Shown here piece by piece: positions 1-9,484 of a stretch of 64,000 bases of DNA. The position numbers were made by a program, and so were the translations under genes. The notes under the pieces are model-generated. The model was not told the DNA's origin. It searched no databases and saw only the letters and a list, made by a program, of their open reading frames with translations. The stretch is from an uncultured Bacillaceae bacterium. GTDB lineage: Bacteria; Bacillota; Bacilli; Bacillales; Cytobacillaceae. The stretch covers positions 5,686-69,685 of the forward strand of contig CAWFID010000016.1 of the NCBI GenBank assembly GCA_963815765.1. Reading direction: 5' to 3'. Position 1 is the first letter of the stretch. Each line of letters starts with the position of its first letter.

Positions 1-2
1 AG

Positions 3-995
3 AGCAATTTCATCGGCGTGTTTGATCTGTTGAACCAGATTGTTGAACAACGTCTGCAACTCTTTGTCGGTAAGGCTGGCGGCGCGGATGCGTTACTCCA
101 CTTTGGGCGAAAGACTACAGAGGAAATAGTTGCCCATGTCTACTTCGGACGTAATGAATATGAAGTCGGGTTGACTTCTGCCGCGCAGGATACGTTGATC
201 TTTTCGAGAGAAACTGCGTATTATCACGGCTCAGGTTATTCGCGGCCATACAATTATTCTCTCGGTAGTGGACACAAAGAGACGCTCTTGTATGAAGAGT
301 CTCGCCGCTCTCCTCAACGTACTACTATGGCCGATCATATCTTAATAAATCTACGGAGTTGGAAAGTTTATCACTTTCACGACACCAGCGACAATGCCCC
401 GGTCAAGCAGACCGGTGACATCGGTGACAACGCCCTGCTTCGGGAGGACGCTGCGAATCTGGCCGCGTTTTTGTACCTGCTTCAAGAAAAGTACCCCGAT
501 CATTACGCCCGCATCGTCAAGACTGTGCGGCTCGCTGCACCGTTCTTCGATGATTTCGTGCTGCGTCCCTCGCCATTAAACCCCGGCAAAATCCTGCTGG
601 AATGGCGCGAAGTGAGTTCTGACGCCTATTTCAACGTTCATGCCCTATCAGACGGTACACTTCGCTTTATCTGTTTGGCGACGCTGCTGCTTCAGCCCAA
701 ATTGCCATCCACGATCATTATCGATGAGCCGGAACTTGGCCTGCATCCGTATGCGATTGTGTTGTTAGCCAGTCTAATCCGCAGCGCGGTCACGCAAACG
801 CAGGTCATTGTCTCCACGCAATCCGTGTCGCTGGTCAATCAGTTTGCGCCCGAAGATATTATCGTCGTTGATCGCGAAGCCGGTCAATCGATCTTTCAAC
901 GGCTCGATCCCGCCTCTATTGAAAACTGGTTGGAGGAATATGGACTAGGCGAGCTTTGGGAAAAGAACATCTTGGGCGGGAGGCCGCGCCGATGA
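3..995 (+). CDS. AAA/ABC-type ATPase (AAA_21/COG4637-like), 5'-partial
   Basis: Frame is open from base 3 (SNFIGV, the tail of a Walker A GKSN motif). It has an LSDGTLRF signature, IIIDEPELGLHP Walker B/D-loop, a VSTQS switch region and a typical LGELWEKN..GGRP C-terminus. Confidence 0.85.
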   Translation, partial: SNFIGVFDLLNQIVEQRLQLFVGKAGGADALLHFGRKTTEEIVAHVYFGRNEYEVGLTSAAQDTLIFSRETAYYHGSGYSRPYNYSLGSGHKETLLYEESRRSPQRTTMADHILINLRSWKVYHFHDTSDNAPVKQTGDIGDNALLREDAANLAAFLYLLQEKYPDHYARIVKTVRLAAPFFDDFVLRPSPLNPGKILLEWREVSSDAYFNVHALSDGTLRFICLATLLLQPKLPSTIIIDEPELGLHPYAIVLLASLIRSAVTQTQVIVSTQSVSLVNQFAPEDIIVVDREAGQSIFQRLDPASIENWLEEYGLGELWEKNILGGRPRR

Positions 996-1309
996 GCAAA
1001 GTCTTGATACTGGTTGAAGGCCAAACTGAGGAAGCCTTTGTTACCCAATTGCTGGCTCCTCACCTGGCCTCCAGAAACGTCTACCCCGTACCCAAGTTGG
1101 TCATCACGAAGCGCGTGAAAGGTGGCCCAGACTTTAAGGGTGGTGTGTTTTCGTACATTAAGGTCAAGAACGATATTAAACTTTTACTGAAGGACACCAG
1201 TGCCAGTGTGGTCACCACACTGCTTGACTTCTACGGCTTGCCTTCAGATTTTCCGGGCAGACCAACCATGCGGGCGCTATTGAGCAATACGTGTTGTCAA
1301 GTAGTATGA
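992..1309 (+). pseudogene. DUF4276-family (TOPRIM-like) protein, truncated at about 1275 by the composition junction
   Basis: ATGA overlap with the ATPase stop. Motifs VLILVEGQTEEAFV and TTLLDFYGLPSDFPG are present. Family-like sequence ends near aa 93, where the DNA turns AT-rich. Confidence 0.7.
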
Positions 1310-1480
1310 AAAAAACAGTAAAATTACGTATTGCTTAACATATGGGTTTGGGGCAAATCAAAATCCCTATGTTTTCGCCAATCATTTCACTAATAAAACC
1401 CCACTCAGAAATTTCATAGGCAATTTTCGGAATTTGTTTAACATATGTTTTCCGATTTATTGGTAGGACCCCTCCGCGTA

Positions 1481-2416
1481 TTATATCTTATTAGATTTCA
1501 AAGAGAGAGGATTAGAAATTAATGTTGTTTTAGTAGTTTTTTTAGATGTTTCTTGAACAATCATGACAGCTGAAATAACTAAAATAATTCCAAAATATTG
1601 GTAAAAATTTAATTTTTCGTTGAAGATCATAAGACCAACTAGGGATGCAACTACTGGCTCAATTGTAGCTATAATCGATGCTCGACTTGATTCTATAGTG
1701 CTTAGACCTTTTGTGTAAAAAAGGAAGGGAAGCATTGTTGAGAGAAAACCGAGACCGATAATATAGAACCATACGTTGTGATTGGAAAATAAAGCTATGT
1801 TGTTCCACAATCCACTAAAAGGAGTTACAGCTATGGCTGCGAACAAAAAGGTATAGACTGTAACAGTTAAAGAGTTATATTTTTTCAGTGCAAACTTTCC
1901 AAATAGACTGTAAAGCGCATAAAAGAAACCAGCACCAACTCCAAGAATTAACCCAAGAAATGAGATGGATTCATTCGAATTTGGCAGTATGCCAATCACA
2001 AATGAACAACCGAGAAAGGTTACAATTAAAGCGCTAATCTTTCGTTTCGTTAGAGACTCTTTAAAAATGATCCTTGAGAAAATCATTACAAATGCTGGTG
2101 CTGTGTAAAGAAGAATGGATGCAATGGAAATAGACGTTTCTTCAATCGCACTAAACAAGCACCAATTAAAAAGGACAATACTAAAAACCCCAGTTCCAAC
2201 AAAATATTTACTATCAGCGATCTTGATTCTAAAAAGCTGTCGATTTTTTATAATGACATAAACAATTAAAAATAAAGATGCAGATAAAGTACGAACGGTA
2301 ACAACCTGTGTCGGTGTAAAACCCATTTCGTAAAGGTAGGTTACAAATATTCCAATAATCCCCCATAATGATGCTCCCGCACCAATATAAATTAATGCTA
2401 ATTTATTATTCAACAT
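1481..2416 (-). CDS. EamA/DMT family transporter
   Basis: 311 aa with about 10 TM segments in two EamA halves (LWG, LYTAPAFV, ASIIATIEPVVA). Confidence 0.9.
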   Translation of the reverse strand: MLNNKLALIYIGAGASLWGIIGIFVTYLYEMGFTPTQVVTVRTLSASLFLIVYVIIKNRQLFRIKIADSKYFVGTGVFSIVLFNWCLFSAIEETSISIASILLYTAPAFVMIFSRIIFKESLTKRKISALIVTFLGCSFVIGILPNSNESISFLGLILGVGAGFFYALYSLFGKFALKKYNSLTVTVYTFLFAAIAVTPFSGLWNNIALFSNHNVWFYIIGLGFLSTMLPFLFYTKGLSTIESSRASIIATIEPVVASLVGLMIFNEKLNFYQYFGIILVISAVMIVQETSKKTTKTTLISNPLSLKSNKI

Positions 2417-2458
2417 GATCTTCCTTCCTATTTAAATTGCGCGCACACATTTCGTTTT

Positions 2459-2608
2459 TTAATGTTGCTTATCCAATGCTAGTTTTAACCCAAATCCAAT
2501 TAAGACAATACCTGTTGCTTTGTCCATTCATTTTTGTACTTTAGGGGACACAAGCGAGACTCTTACAACGAATAATGAAAGCACTAAGAACGGTAAAAAA
2601 TCATTCGT
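2459..2608 (-). pseudogene. LysE/RhtB translocator remnant (N- and C-termini fused, middle deleted)
   Basis: Manual translation after a GGAG RBS: (ACG)NDFLPFLVLSLFVVRVSLVSPKVQK*MDKATGIVLIGFGLKLALDKQH*. The start codon is ACG, there is an internal TGA, and the C-terminus is LysE-like. Confidence 0.6.
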
Positions 2609-2755
2609 TTTCGTCACTCCTTTTAATAAGGTAAAATGTAATGTAAAATATAATTTAATTAATGTTAAATGTATTTTACCATTTAAAATCTAATTTGTTT
2701 ACTTAAATTTAATTAAATTAAATAATAATTAATTTTTAATCAAGGAGAATGGATA

Positions 2756-3301
2756 ATGGAGAACATAGATATTGGAAATAAAGTAAAAAAATTTAGAAAG
2801 GAAAAGGGGCTAAGTAGTAGGGAGTTAGCAAGTTTAGCTGACATAACCCCTTCGATGTTAAGTCAAATTGAACGGGGATTGGCGAATCCATCACTTCAAA
2901 CCTTAAAGATCTTGGCTAAAACCCTCGATGTTCCCACGTTTAGCTTTTTACTTGAAGAAACAGAGACGTCGGAATTAGTAGTTCGGTCAAATCGGAGAAA
3001 AAAAATAATCGTTGAAAATTTTTCTTATGAGCTTATATCTCCAGACTTTACTGGAAAGCTTGCGACAGCCATTTTGAATGTACCTCCACATACTTCAGCT
3101 TCTGAGAAATTATTAGAACATAAAGGAGAAGAAGTAGCTTATGTACTAGAAGGAAAGATTAACGTGTATTTAAACGATGAATTATACACATTAGAAGCTG
3201 GTGATAGCGTGAAAATACCAGCACATCTAAAGCATAAATGGGAAAATAGCTTTAATAAAAATGCTGCAATTCTTTTTTCTATAACTCCACCCGCATTTTA
3301 G
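2756..3301 (+). CDS. XRE-HTH + cupin transcriptional regulator (PuuR-like)
   Basis: N-terminal HTH (LSSRELA..SMLSQIERGLANPS) and C-terminal cupin (HKGEEVAYVLEG). Divergent from the LysE remnant and EamA. Confidence 0.9.
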   Translation: MENIDIGNKVKKFRKEKGLSSRELASLADITPSMLSQIERGLANPSLQTLKILAKTLDVPTFSFLLEETETSELVVRSNRRKKIIVENFSYELISPDFTGKLATAILNVPPHTSASEKLLEHKGEEVAYVLEGKINVYLNDELYTLEAGDSVKIPAHLKHKWENSFNKNAAILFSITPPAF

Positions 3302-3356
3302 TTCTATTTAATGGTCTATTATTGCTACATACGCCTATTTTCTCTCTCGAAAAGTA

Positions 3357-3550
3357 TTTAACTTCATTCAGCAGAAGTCCTCCACTTCTATAAGTGGGGG
3401 ATGAATGTAACTGGAACTTCGATTCAGCGGGGGTTCAAACTCCGGCTGAATGAAGTTAAAGCCTCCGGCGGATGCCACAGATTTTAAAAGGAAGTTTATC
3501 GAGCGAGCTCGATAAAATCTGGGCGCAAATGCGCCGAGGCGCATTTGATA
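3357..3550. mobile_element. bcr1-like / MITE-like structured intergenic element
   Basis: Perfect 16-bp inverted repeat TTTAACTTCATTCAGC (3357-3372) / GCTGAATGAAGTTAAA (3445-3460) enclosing two hairpins, followed by further hairpins. Locally GC-rich. Confidence 0.6.
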
Positions 3551-3867
3551 AATGCAAAAAGTTGAATGAACTAACGAAGTGCGATTGTTCAATAGAGCAG
3601 TCTTTTTATTAACGGTCTTGATAATTATTTCGAGGCTTTTTTTCTATCTATTTAAAAAACCGACATGAACCTACTAAAAAAATATAATAATCAGAATATT
3701 TGTGTTATTGTGTAAATTCTTAAAAGTTTGTAATATAAAAACAAGAAATCCTTTTAGAACTTCATAAATGAATTCCTTAAAAGGGGTAAATAAAGGAGAG
3801 CCGTTTATCTTAGAAGATAAACAAGTAATCTATTCCCTTTCTCTGTCAGTTTTGACCGAATGGATTT

Positions 3868-3882
3868 ATGAAAACGCTATTT
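3868..3882 (+). promoter_or_regulatory. cre-like (CcpA) site upstream of the tautomerase-methylcitrate operon
   Basis: ATGAAAACGCTATTT has one mismatch to WTGNAANCGNWNNCW. Confidence 0.4.
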
Positions 3883-3941
3883 TAACGATAGTAAGCTAGA
3901 TTTACATACTTATGAAAAGACTATAGAAAGGAGTTTCAATC

Positions 3942-4157
3942 ATGCCACTTATTCAAATCAATATTGTTGAAGGGCGTTCGCCTGAGAAAAAAGAAAGATT
4001 AATCCGGGAAGTGTCTGATTTAGTCGCGGAAGTGTTAGAGGCACCAGTGGAAAATGTCCGTGTCATGATACAAGAAATGTCTCCTGAACATTGGGGCATT
4101 GCAGGAGAATCCGTAAAAAAACGAGCAGAAAAAAATAATAGTAAAGCAAAGGTATAA
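3942..4157 (+). CDS. 4-oxalocrotonate (2-hydroxymuconate) tautomerase, DmpI/XylH-like
   Basis: Catalytic Pro-1 (MPLIQI), GRSPEKK and WGIAG motifs; GAAAGGAG RBS. Confidence 0.92.
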   Translation: MPLIQINIVEGRSPEKKERLIREVSDLVAEVLEAPVENVRVMIQEMSPEHWGIAGESVKKRAEKNNSKAKV

Positions 4158-4226
4158 CAAAACCATAAGATTATCCGTTCGTTTTATGTCTGTTTATCAT
4201 AGTTTAAGTGAAATGGAGGAATAAGA

Positions 4227-5345
4227 ATGAGTACTGTTAATAATTTTTTTCCAGGATTAGATGGAGTAGTAGCTGCGGAAACAAAGATTTCTTTTCTTGA
4301 TACCGTACAAGGGGAAATCGTTATTAAGGGGTACGACTTAATTGAATTATCGAAGCAATATAGCTATTTAGATATTGTCCATCTTTTACTAGAGGAAAAG
4401 CTGCCAACTCAAGAAGAGAAAAATAGATTGGAAAACAAATTAAAGAGTTACTATGAAATACCAGAAACCGTTTATGAAGTATTTAAGTTGCTCCCTGAAC
4501 AGACTCATCCTATGGACGCATTAAGAACCGGTCTCTCCTTTATCTCAGGATACGATGAGGATATTGATAATCGTTCATCAGAAGTAAATAAAGAACGTGC
4601 GTATCAATTATTAGGGAGTATGCCAAACCTTGTCGCTAACAGTTATCGTATTCTCACAAAACAAGAACCCGTTCATCCAGATAAAGACTTATCCTATAGT
4701 GCTAATTTCTATTATATGATTACAGGCATTAAGCCTACAGCGATTCAAGAGAAAATTTTTGACCTTTCACTTGTACTTTATAGTGAGCATGAGATGCCAA
4801 ACTCTACTTTCACATCAAGAGTCATTGCTTCTACTCAGTCCGATTTGTATGGCGCATTGACTGGAGCGGTTGCTTCTTTGAAAGGAAACTTACATGGAGG
4901 GGCTAATGAAGCGGTTATGCATATGCTTCTTGAAGCAGAAACCGTTGAACAGTTTGAAGCGTTATTAGAAAACAAGCTGTTAAACAAAGAGAAGATCATG
5001 GGATTTGGTCATCGTGTTTATATGAAGAAAATCGATCCTCGAGCTCTCATGATGAAGGCAGCGTTAAAAGAGCTGAGTGATATCAAAGGGGACGATCTTT
5101 TATACCGGATGTGTGAAGCGGGAGAGCGGTTAATGGAACGAGAAAAAGGACTCTACCCGAATTTAGATTACTATGCAGCTCCAGTTTATTGGATGCTCGG
5201 TATTCCGATTCCAATCTATACACCGATCTTTTTCGGGTCAAGAACAGTCGGATTATGTGCACATGTCATTGAACAGCATGCCAATAACCGCCTGTTCCGC
5301 CCACGAGTCAATTATATTGGTGAACGACATGCTTTAAGCAAGTAA
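4227..5345 (+). CDS. mmgD: 2-methylcitrate/citrate synthase (MmgD/PrpC)
   Basis: [33 protein letters not shown] and YPNLDYY motifs. Confidence 0.92.
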   Translation: MSTVNNFFPGLDGVVAAETKISFLDTVQGEIVIKGYDLIELSKQYSYLDIVHLLLEEKLPTQEEKNRLENKLKSYYEIPETVYEVFKLLPEQTHPMDALRTGLSFISGYDEDIDNRSSEVNKERAYQLLGSMPNLVANSYRILTKQEPVHPDKDLSYSANFYYMITGIKPTAIQEKIFDLSLVLYSEHEMPNSTFTSRVIASTQSDLYGALTGAVASLKGNLHGGANEAVMHMLLEAETVEQFEALLENKLLNKEKIMGFGHRVYMKKIDPRALMMKAALKELSDIKGDDLLYRMCEAGERLMEREKGLYPNLDYYAAPVYWMLGIPIPIYTPIFFGSRTVGLCAHVIEQHANNRLFRPRVNYIGERHALSK

Positions 5346-5445
5346 ACAACTGAAGAGTTGTTTTCAGCGCCACCGTAACATGAATGTTGGTCAGAACATT
5401 CATGTACTCATCATAATGAAATTTACTAGGGAAGGGAAGAGAAAC

Positions 5446-6882
5446 ATGATTAAAACAAATGAACTCAATCAAGTTGATCAATTACTAGAAGATGTAACAG
5501 AATACGTATTAAATAAAGAGATTACGAGTGTTGAAGCCTTTGACACCGCTCGTAATGTCCTACTAGATACGCTTGGCTGCGGGATCCTAGCTTTAAATTA
5601 TCCAGAATGCACAAAGCTGATGGGCCCAATTGTGCCAGGCACGATTGTTCCGAACGGTTCTAGAGTACCAGGTACATCTTATGTTCTAGATCCAGTAAGA
5701 GGTGCTTTCAATATTGGATGTATGATTCGTTGGCTCGATTATAACGATACGTGGCTTGCTGCTGAGTGGGGGCATCCGTCCGATAATCTAGGTGGAATTC
5801 TGGCTGTCGCTGATTACATAAGTCGTGTTCGTGTTTCAGAAGGAAAAGATCCTTTAACCATGAATGCTGTGCTAGAAAGTATGATTAAGGCTCATGAAAT
5901 TCAAGGAGTACTTGCACTTGAAAACAGTCTAAACCGAGTGGGTCTTGACCATGTTCTATTTGTCAAAGTAGCAACGACGGCTGTTGTCGCGAAGTTGCTA
6001 GGAGGGACAAAAGAAGAAATTACAAACGCACTATCACATGCTTGGATTGATAATAGTAGTTTGCGTACGTACAGACATGCTCCGAATACAGGATCTCGGA
6101 AATCATGGGCTGCGGGAGATGCAACGAGCCGTGGAGTTCATTTAGCACTAATGGCGCTTAAAGGAGAAATGGGTTATAAGACGGCCCTTTCAGCACCAGG
6201 CTGGGGATTCCAGGATGTTTTATTTAATAAACAAGAATTAAAGTTAGCTCGTCCGCTAGATTCCTATGTGATGGAAAATGTCCTTTTTAAAGTGTCTTAC
6301 CCTGCCGAATTCCATGCACAAACGGCTGCGGAATGTGCGGTTCAACTCCATCCAGAAGTGAGTAACCGTTTGGACGAAATCGATCAGATTACGATTACGA
6401 CGCATGAGTCAGCGATTCGTATTATTGATAAGGAAGGTCCGTTGAATAATCCAGCTGACCGTGATCATTGTATTCAATATATTACAGCAATTGGACTGAT
6501 CTTTGGAGATATTGTAGCCGATCACTACGAGGATGAAACAGCGTTAGATCCACGAGTAGATCGCTTAAGAGACAAGATGGTTGTGGTGGAAAACAAACAG
6601 TATAGCGAAGATTATTTAGACCCAAATAAGCGTTCCATTGCGAATGCGATTCAAGTTCATTTTAAGGATGGTTCAAGTACAGAGATAGTGGAATGCGAGT
6701 ATCCATTAGGGCACCGTTTCCGTCGAGATGAGGCGATTCCACAAATCATCAAAAAGTTTTCTTCCAATATTCAGACTCATTTCTCACAAAAACAAGTAAA
6801 GAACATTCAAGAAGTATGTTCGGATTCTGAAAAATTGTCCAGTATGCCGGTCAATGAATTTATGGATTTATTTTTAATCTAA
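5446..6882 (+). CDS. prpD: 2-methylcitrate dehydratase (MmgE/PrpD)
   Basis: [28 protein letters not shown] and PAEFHAQTA motifs. Start moved to the ATG at 5446 after a GGAAGGGA RBS. Confidence 0.95.
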   Translation: MIKTNELNQVDQLLEDVTEYVLNKEITSVEAFDTARNVLLDTLGCGILALNYPECTKLMGPIVPGTIVPNGSRVPGTSYVLDPVRGAFNIGCMIRWLDYNDTWLAAEWGHPSDNLGGILAVADYISRVRVSEGKDPLTMNAVLESMIKAHEIQGVLALENSLNRVGLDHVLFVKVATTAVVAKLLGGTKEEITNALSHAWIDNSSLRTYRHAPNTGSRKSWAAGDATSRGVHLALMALKGEMGYKTALSAPGWGFQDVLFNKQELKLARPLDSYVMENVLFKVSYPAEFHAQTAAECAVQLHPEVSNRLDEIDQITITTHESAIRIIDKEGPLNNPADRDHCIQYITAIGLIFGDIVADHYEDETALDPRVDRLRDKMVVVENKQYSEDYLDPNKRSIANAIQVHFKDGSSTEIVECEYPLGHRFRRDEAIPQIIKKFSSNIQTHFSQKQVKNIQEVCSDSEKLSSMPVNEFMDLFLI

Positions 6883-6896
6883 AGGAGGAATAGAGT

Positions 6897-7805
6897 ATGG
6901 CATGGATTGTGGATCAACCTTCAACTCAAGCGGAATTAGCCAATCGTTTTAAAGAACTCATGACTGCCCCTGATATGATGCAAATTCCGGGGGCACATGA
7001 TGCAATGGCGGCGCTTGTAGCCAAACAAGCTGGGTTTTCCGCCCTTTATTTATCCGGTGCTGCCTATACAGCAAGCCTCGGATTACCTGATTTAGGAGTG
7101 ATCACCTCGGCAGAAGTGGCACAAAGAGCAAGAGAATTAGTAAGAGCAACCGATTTACCGGTTCTAGTAGATATTGATACTGGTTTCGGAGGGGTGTTGA
7201 ACGTAGCTCGTACAGCACGAGAAATGTGGGAAGCAAATGTAGCGGCTGTTCAGCTGGAAGATCAGCAACTGCCAAAAAAATGCGGCCATTTAAACGGAAA
7301 GAAACTGGTCACTACGGAGGAAATGGTGCAAAAAATTCGCGCCATTAAAAAAGCGGCACCGTCACTTGTCATTGTCGCCCGAACAGATGCCCGAGCCGTT
7401 GAAAGCCTGGAGTCGGCGATTGAAAGAGCAAAAGCCTATGTGGAAGCAGGAGCAGATGCTATTTTCCCTGAAGCTCTTCAATCAGAAGAGGAGTTCCGTT
7501 TATTCTCTCAATCGATTTCGATCCCAATGCTTGCAAATATGACGGAATTTGGCAAAACCCCGTATTATACCGCAGCTGAATTTGCTGACATGGGGTATCA
7601 AATGGTTATTTATCCTGTGACATCCTTAAGGGTGGCTGCGAAAGCATACGAACGTATTTTTCAGCTCATCAAAGAACAAGGGTCACAGAAGGAAGGCCTT
7701 GATGATATGCAAACAAGAAGCGAATTGTATTCAACGATCTCTTATTATGAGTTTGAGGGAATGGATCAGGAGATTGCCAAAACATTATTATCAAAAGGAC
7801 AATAA
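6897..7805 (+). CDS. prpB: methylisocitrate lyase
   Basis: DIDTGFGG, EDQ..PKKCGH and ARTDA motifs. Confidence 0.95.
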   Translation: MAWIVDQPSTQAELANRFKELMTAPDMMQIPGAHDAMAALVAKQAGFSALYLSGAAYTASLGLPDLGVITSAEVAQRARELVRATDLPVLVDIDTGFGGVLNVARTAREMWEANVAAVQLEDQQLPKKCGHLNGKKLVTTEEMVQKIRAIKKAAPSLVIVARTDARAVESLESAIERAKAYVEAGADAIFPEALQSEEEFRLFSQSISIPMLANMTEFGKTPYYTAAEFADMGYQMVIYPVTSLRVAAKAYERIFQLIKEQGSQKEGLDDMQTRSELYSTISYYEFEGMDQEIAKTLLSKGQ

Positions 7806-7812
7806 AGGGTAA

Positions 7813-7852
7813 GGATTCAGTTCCTTGTTGAATAGGGACAAGGACTGAATCC
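7813..7852 (+). terminator. hairpin after prpB (possible terminator or processing site)
   Basis: GGATTCAGT.CCTTGT...ACAAGG.ACTGAATCC stem with a weak U-tail. Confidence 0.45.
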
Positions 7853-7922
7853 ATATCTTCCTAGACCTATTATTTTCTTCCTGTTATTTCTATGGTCCAA
7901 CTTGAAACCATCATAAAATCTT

Positions 7923-7937
7923 TTGAAAACGGATACA
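7923..7937 (+). promoter_or_regulatory. cre (CcpA) site upstream of the phenol hydroxylase genes
   Basis: TTGAAAACGGATACA matches WTGNAANCGNWNNCW exactly. Confidence 0.6.
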
Positions 7938-8031
7938 TCAACGATCGTGATTTTCCAATGATTCATTCAAGACTTAATAGAAGCATTCATCATTTTCGGA
8001 TAACGATGAAGCCGAATAAGGAGGAAAAAGA

Positions 8032-9153
8032 ATGACAATAGAACCTGGTTTCAAAAAAATGCTCCGCGATCAGCCTTGGGACTTTAAAACAAAAAATGAA
8101 TATGAAGAAGTGACCCTTAGGCAGCAGCCATATGTTCATATGCACTACCGCAGCAAATTTGATGAACGTGATTATGACAATTTTGATCCACGCTATACTC
8201 GTTTAAAATCTTCTGATTGGGAAGCTTTCCGTGATCCGAAGAAATACTGGTACACAACATACGTCAATAATCGAAAGAAATTAGCGGAAGAAGTTGAAAT
8301 GGCCTTAAGTCAAGCACAAGAACTTGGTGTGGTCGAAAATCTATCACCCGGGTGGGCAGCCGCTTTAAGAGATATCTATACACCTTTACGCCATCTTGAA
8401 TATGGTGAAAATGTCCAAATGCAGCATGTCATCCGCTATGCATTAGGGTCAGCGATCGAGCAGTGTGCAACCTATCAAGCGTATGATAAAACAGGACGAG
8501 CGCAATGGATTACCCAATGGGCGATGAATATGCAGGAGCATCATGGCGAATTCCTTAAGCACGGTAAAGAAGTACTGCTAAACGATCCGGCATTTGAACC
8601 ATTGCTCAAATATGTGGAAGAAGTTCTTGTGACAGATGATTGGGCGGAAGTACTCGTGGCTGAGAATTTAACTTTAGATTTATTACTTGGTAATTTAATG
8701 TACCGCGAATTTAATAAAGAAGCCATTAAACAAGGGGATAACCATTTATCCATCATGAATCTAGTTATTTCCAAGCAGATGGATTGGCAGCGCGACTGGG
8801 CATTTTCACTATTTAAGCTATTAGCTGAAGATCAAGCGGAAAGCCGCTGGGATTATTTAAAAGCATTAGGCTATGAAGAATGGGAAGGCGATTATCGCTG
8901 GGGTCGTGTCTTAAGTGACCCAAGAGAGACTCCAGAAGAAACCATGTCAAATCCAGAAATCATTCAGGAATGGGTAGAAAAATGGTATCCAAAGGCATTC
9001 AAAGCCGTACTCGCCTTAGCCCCATTATTTGAAAAACACGGAATTGAAATCGATCTTCCGGCAACATTGAAAAAGATCGAAGAAGAAGCGATTATACCGA
9101 TCTATAAAAAATACAAACTTCCATTTAAACAATACGAACTAGCACTTAGCTAA
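8032..9153 (+). CDS. multicomponent phenol hydroxylase beta subunit (DmpL-like)
   Basis: YEEVT...QP, DWEAFRDP..YWYTTYV, PLRHLEYG and DWAEVLVA motifs of the ferritin-like beta chain; operon position. Confidence 0.85.
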   Translation: MTIEPGFKKMLRDQPWDFKTKNEYEEVTLRQQPYVHMHYRSKFDERDYDNFDPRYTRLKSSDWEAFRDPKKYWYTTYVNNRKKLAEEVEMALSQAQELGVVENLSPGWAAALRDIYTPLRHLEYGENVQMQHVIRYALGSAIEQCATYQAYDKTGRAQWITQWAMNMQEHHGEFLKHGKEVLLNDPAFEPLLKYVEEVLVTDDWAEVLVAENLTLDLLLGNLMYREFNKEAIKQGDNHLSIMNLVISKQMDWQRDWAFSLFKLLAEDQAESRWDYLKALGYEEWEGDYRWGRVLSDPRETPEETMSNPEIIQEWVEKWYPKAFKAVLALAPLFEKHGIEIDLPATLKKIEEEAIIPIYKKYKLPFKQYELALS

Positions 9154-9171
9154 GAGAAGGGAAGGATAACG

Positions 9172-9468
9172 ATGACAGTAGAAGTAGCATATGTAGGGAT
9201 TGATTTAGATACGAGCGCAGGCAGCCTTGTTCCTGCACTTATCGCAGCGATAGAAGAAGACAATGATGGCGTGATCGTAGAAGACTTCTCTGTTTATAAA
9301 AAGGTAAAAGCACCTGGAAAAATGGTCATCAACAGAGAAACGGTTGAAGAACATCTTGGCGCCGATTTTGAAATGGATCAAATACACATGGTGATGTCTT
9401 CATGTTTCGGATTTATCAAGGATTGGGATGAAGAACATCTAATTATCCAATGGGATTCGGCAGAATAA
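9172..9468 (+). CDS. MmoB/DmpM effector (coupling) protein
   Basis: AIEEDN and INRETVEEHLG motifs; 98 aa, acidic. Confidence 0.85.
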   Translation: MTVEVAYVGIDLDTSAGSLVPALIAAIEEDNDGVIVEDFSVYKKVKAPGKMVINRETVEEHLGADFEMDQIHMVMSSCFGFIKDWDEEHLIIQWDSAE

Positions 9469-9484
9469 GGAGGGGGAATGATTC

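Noticed and set aside
3368-3592. 74-aa minus-strand ORF
   Set aside because: It lies across the structured repeat element, with no RBS or protein-like features.
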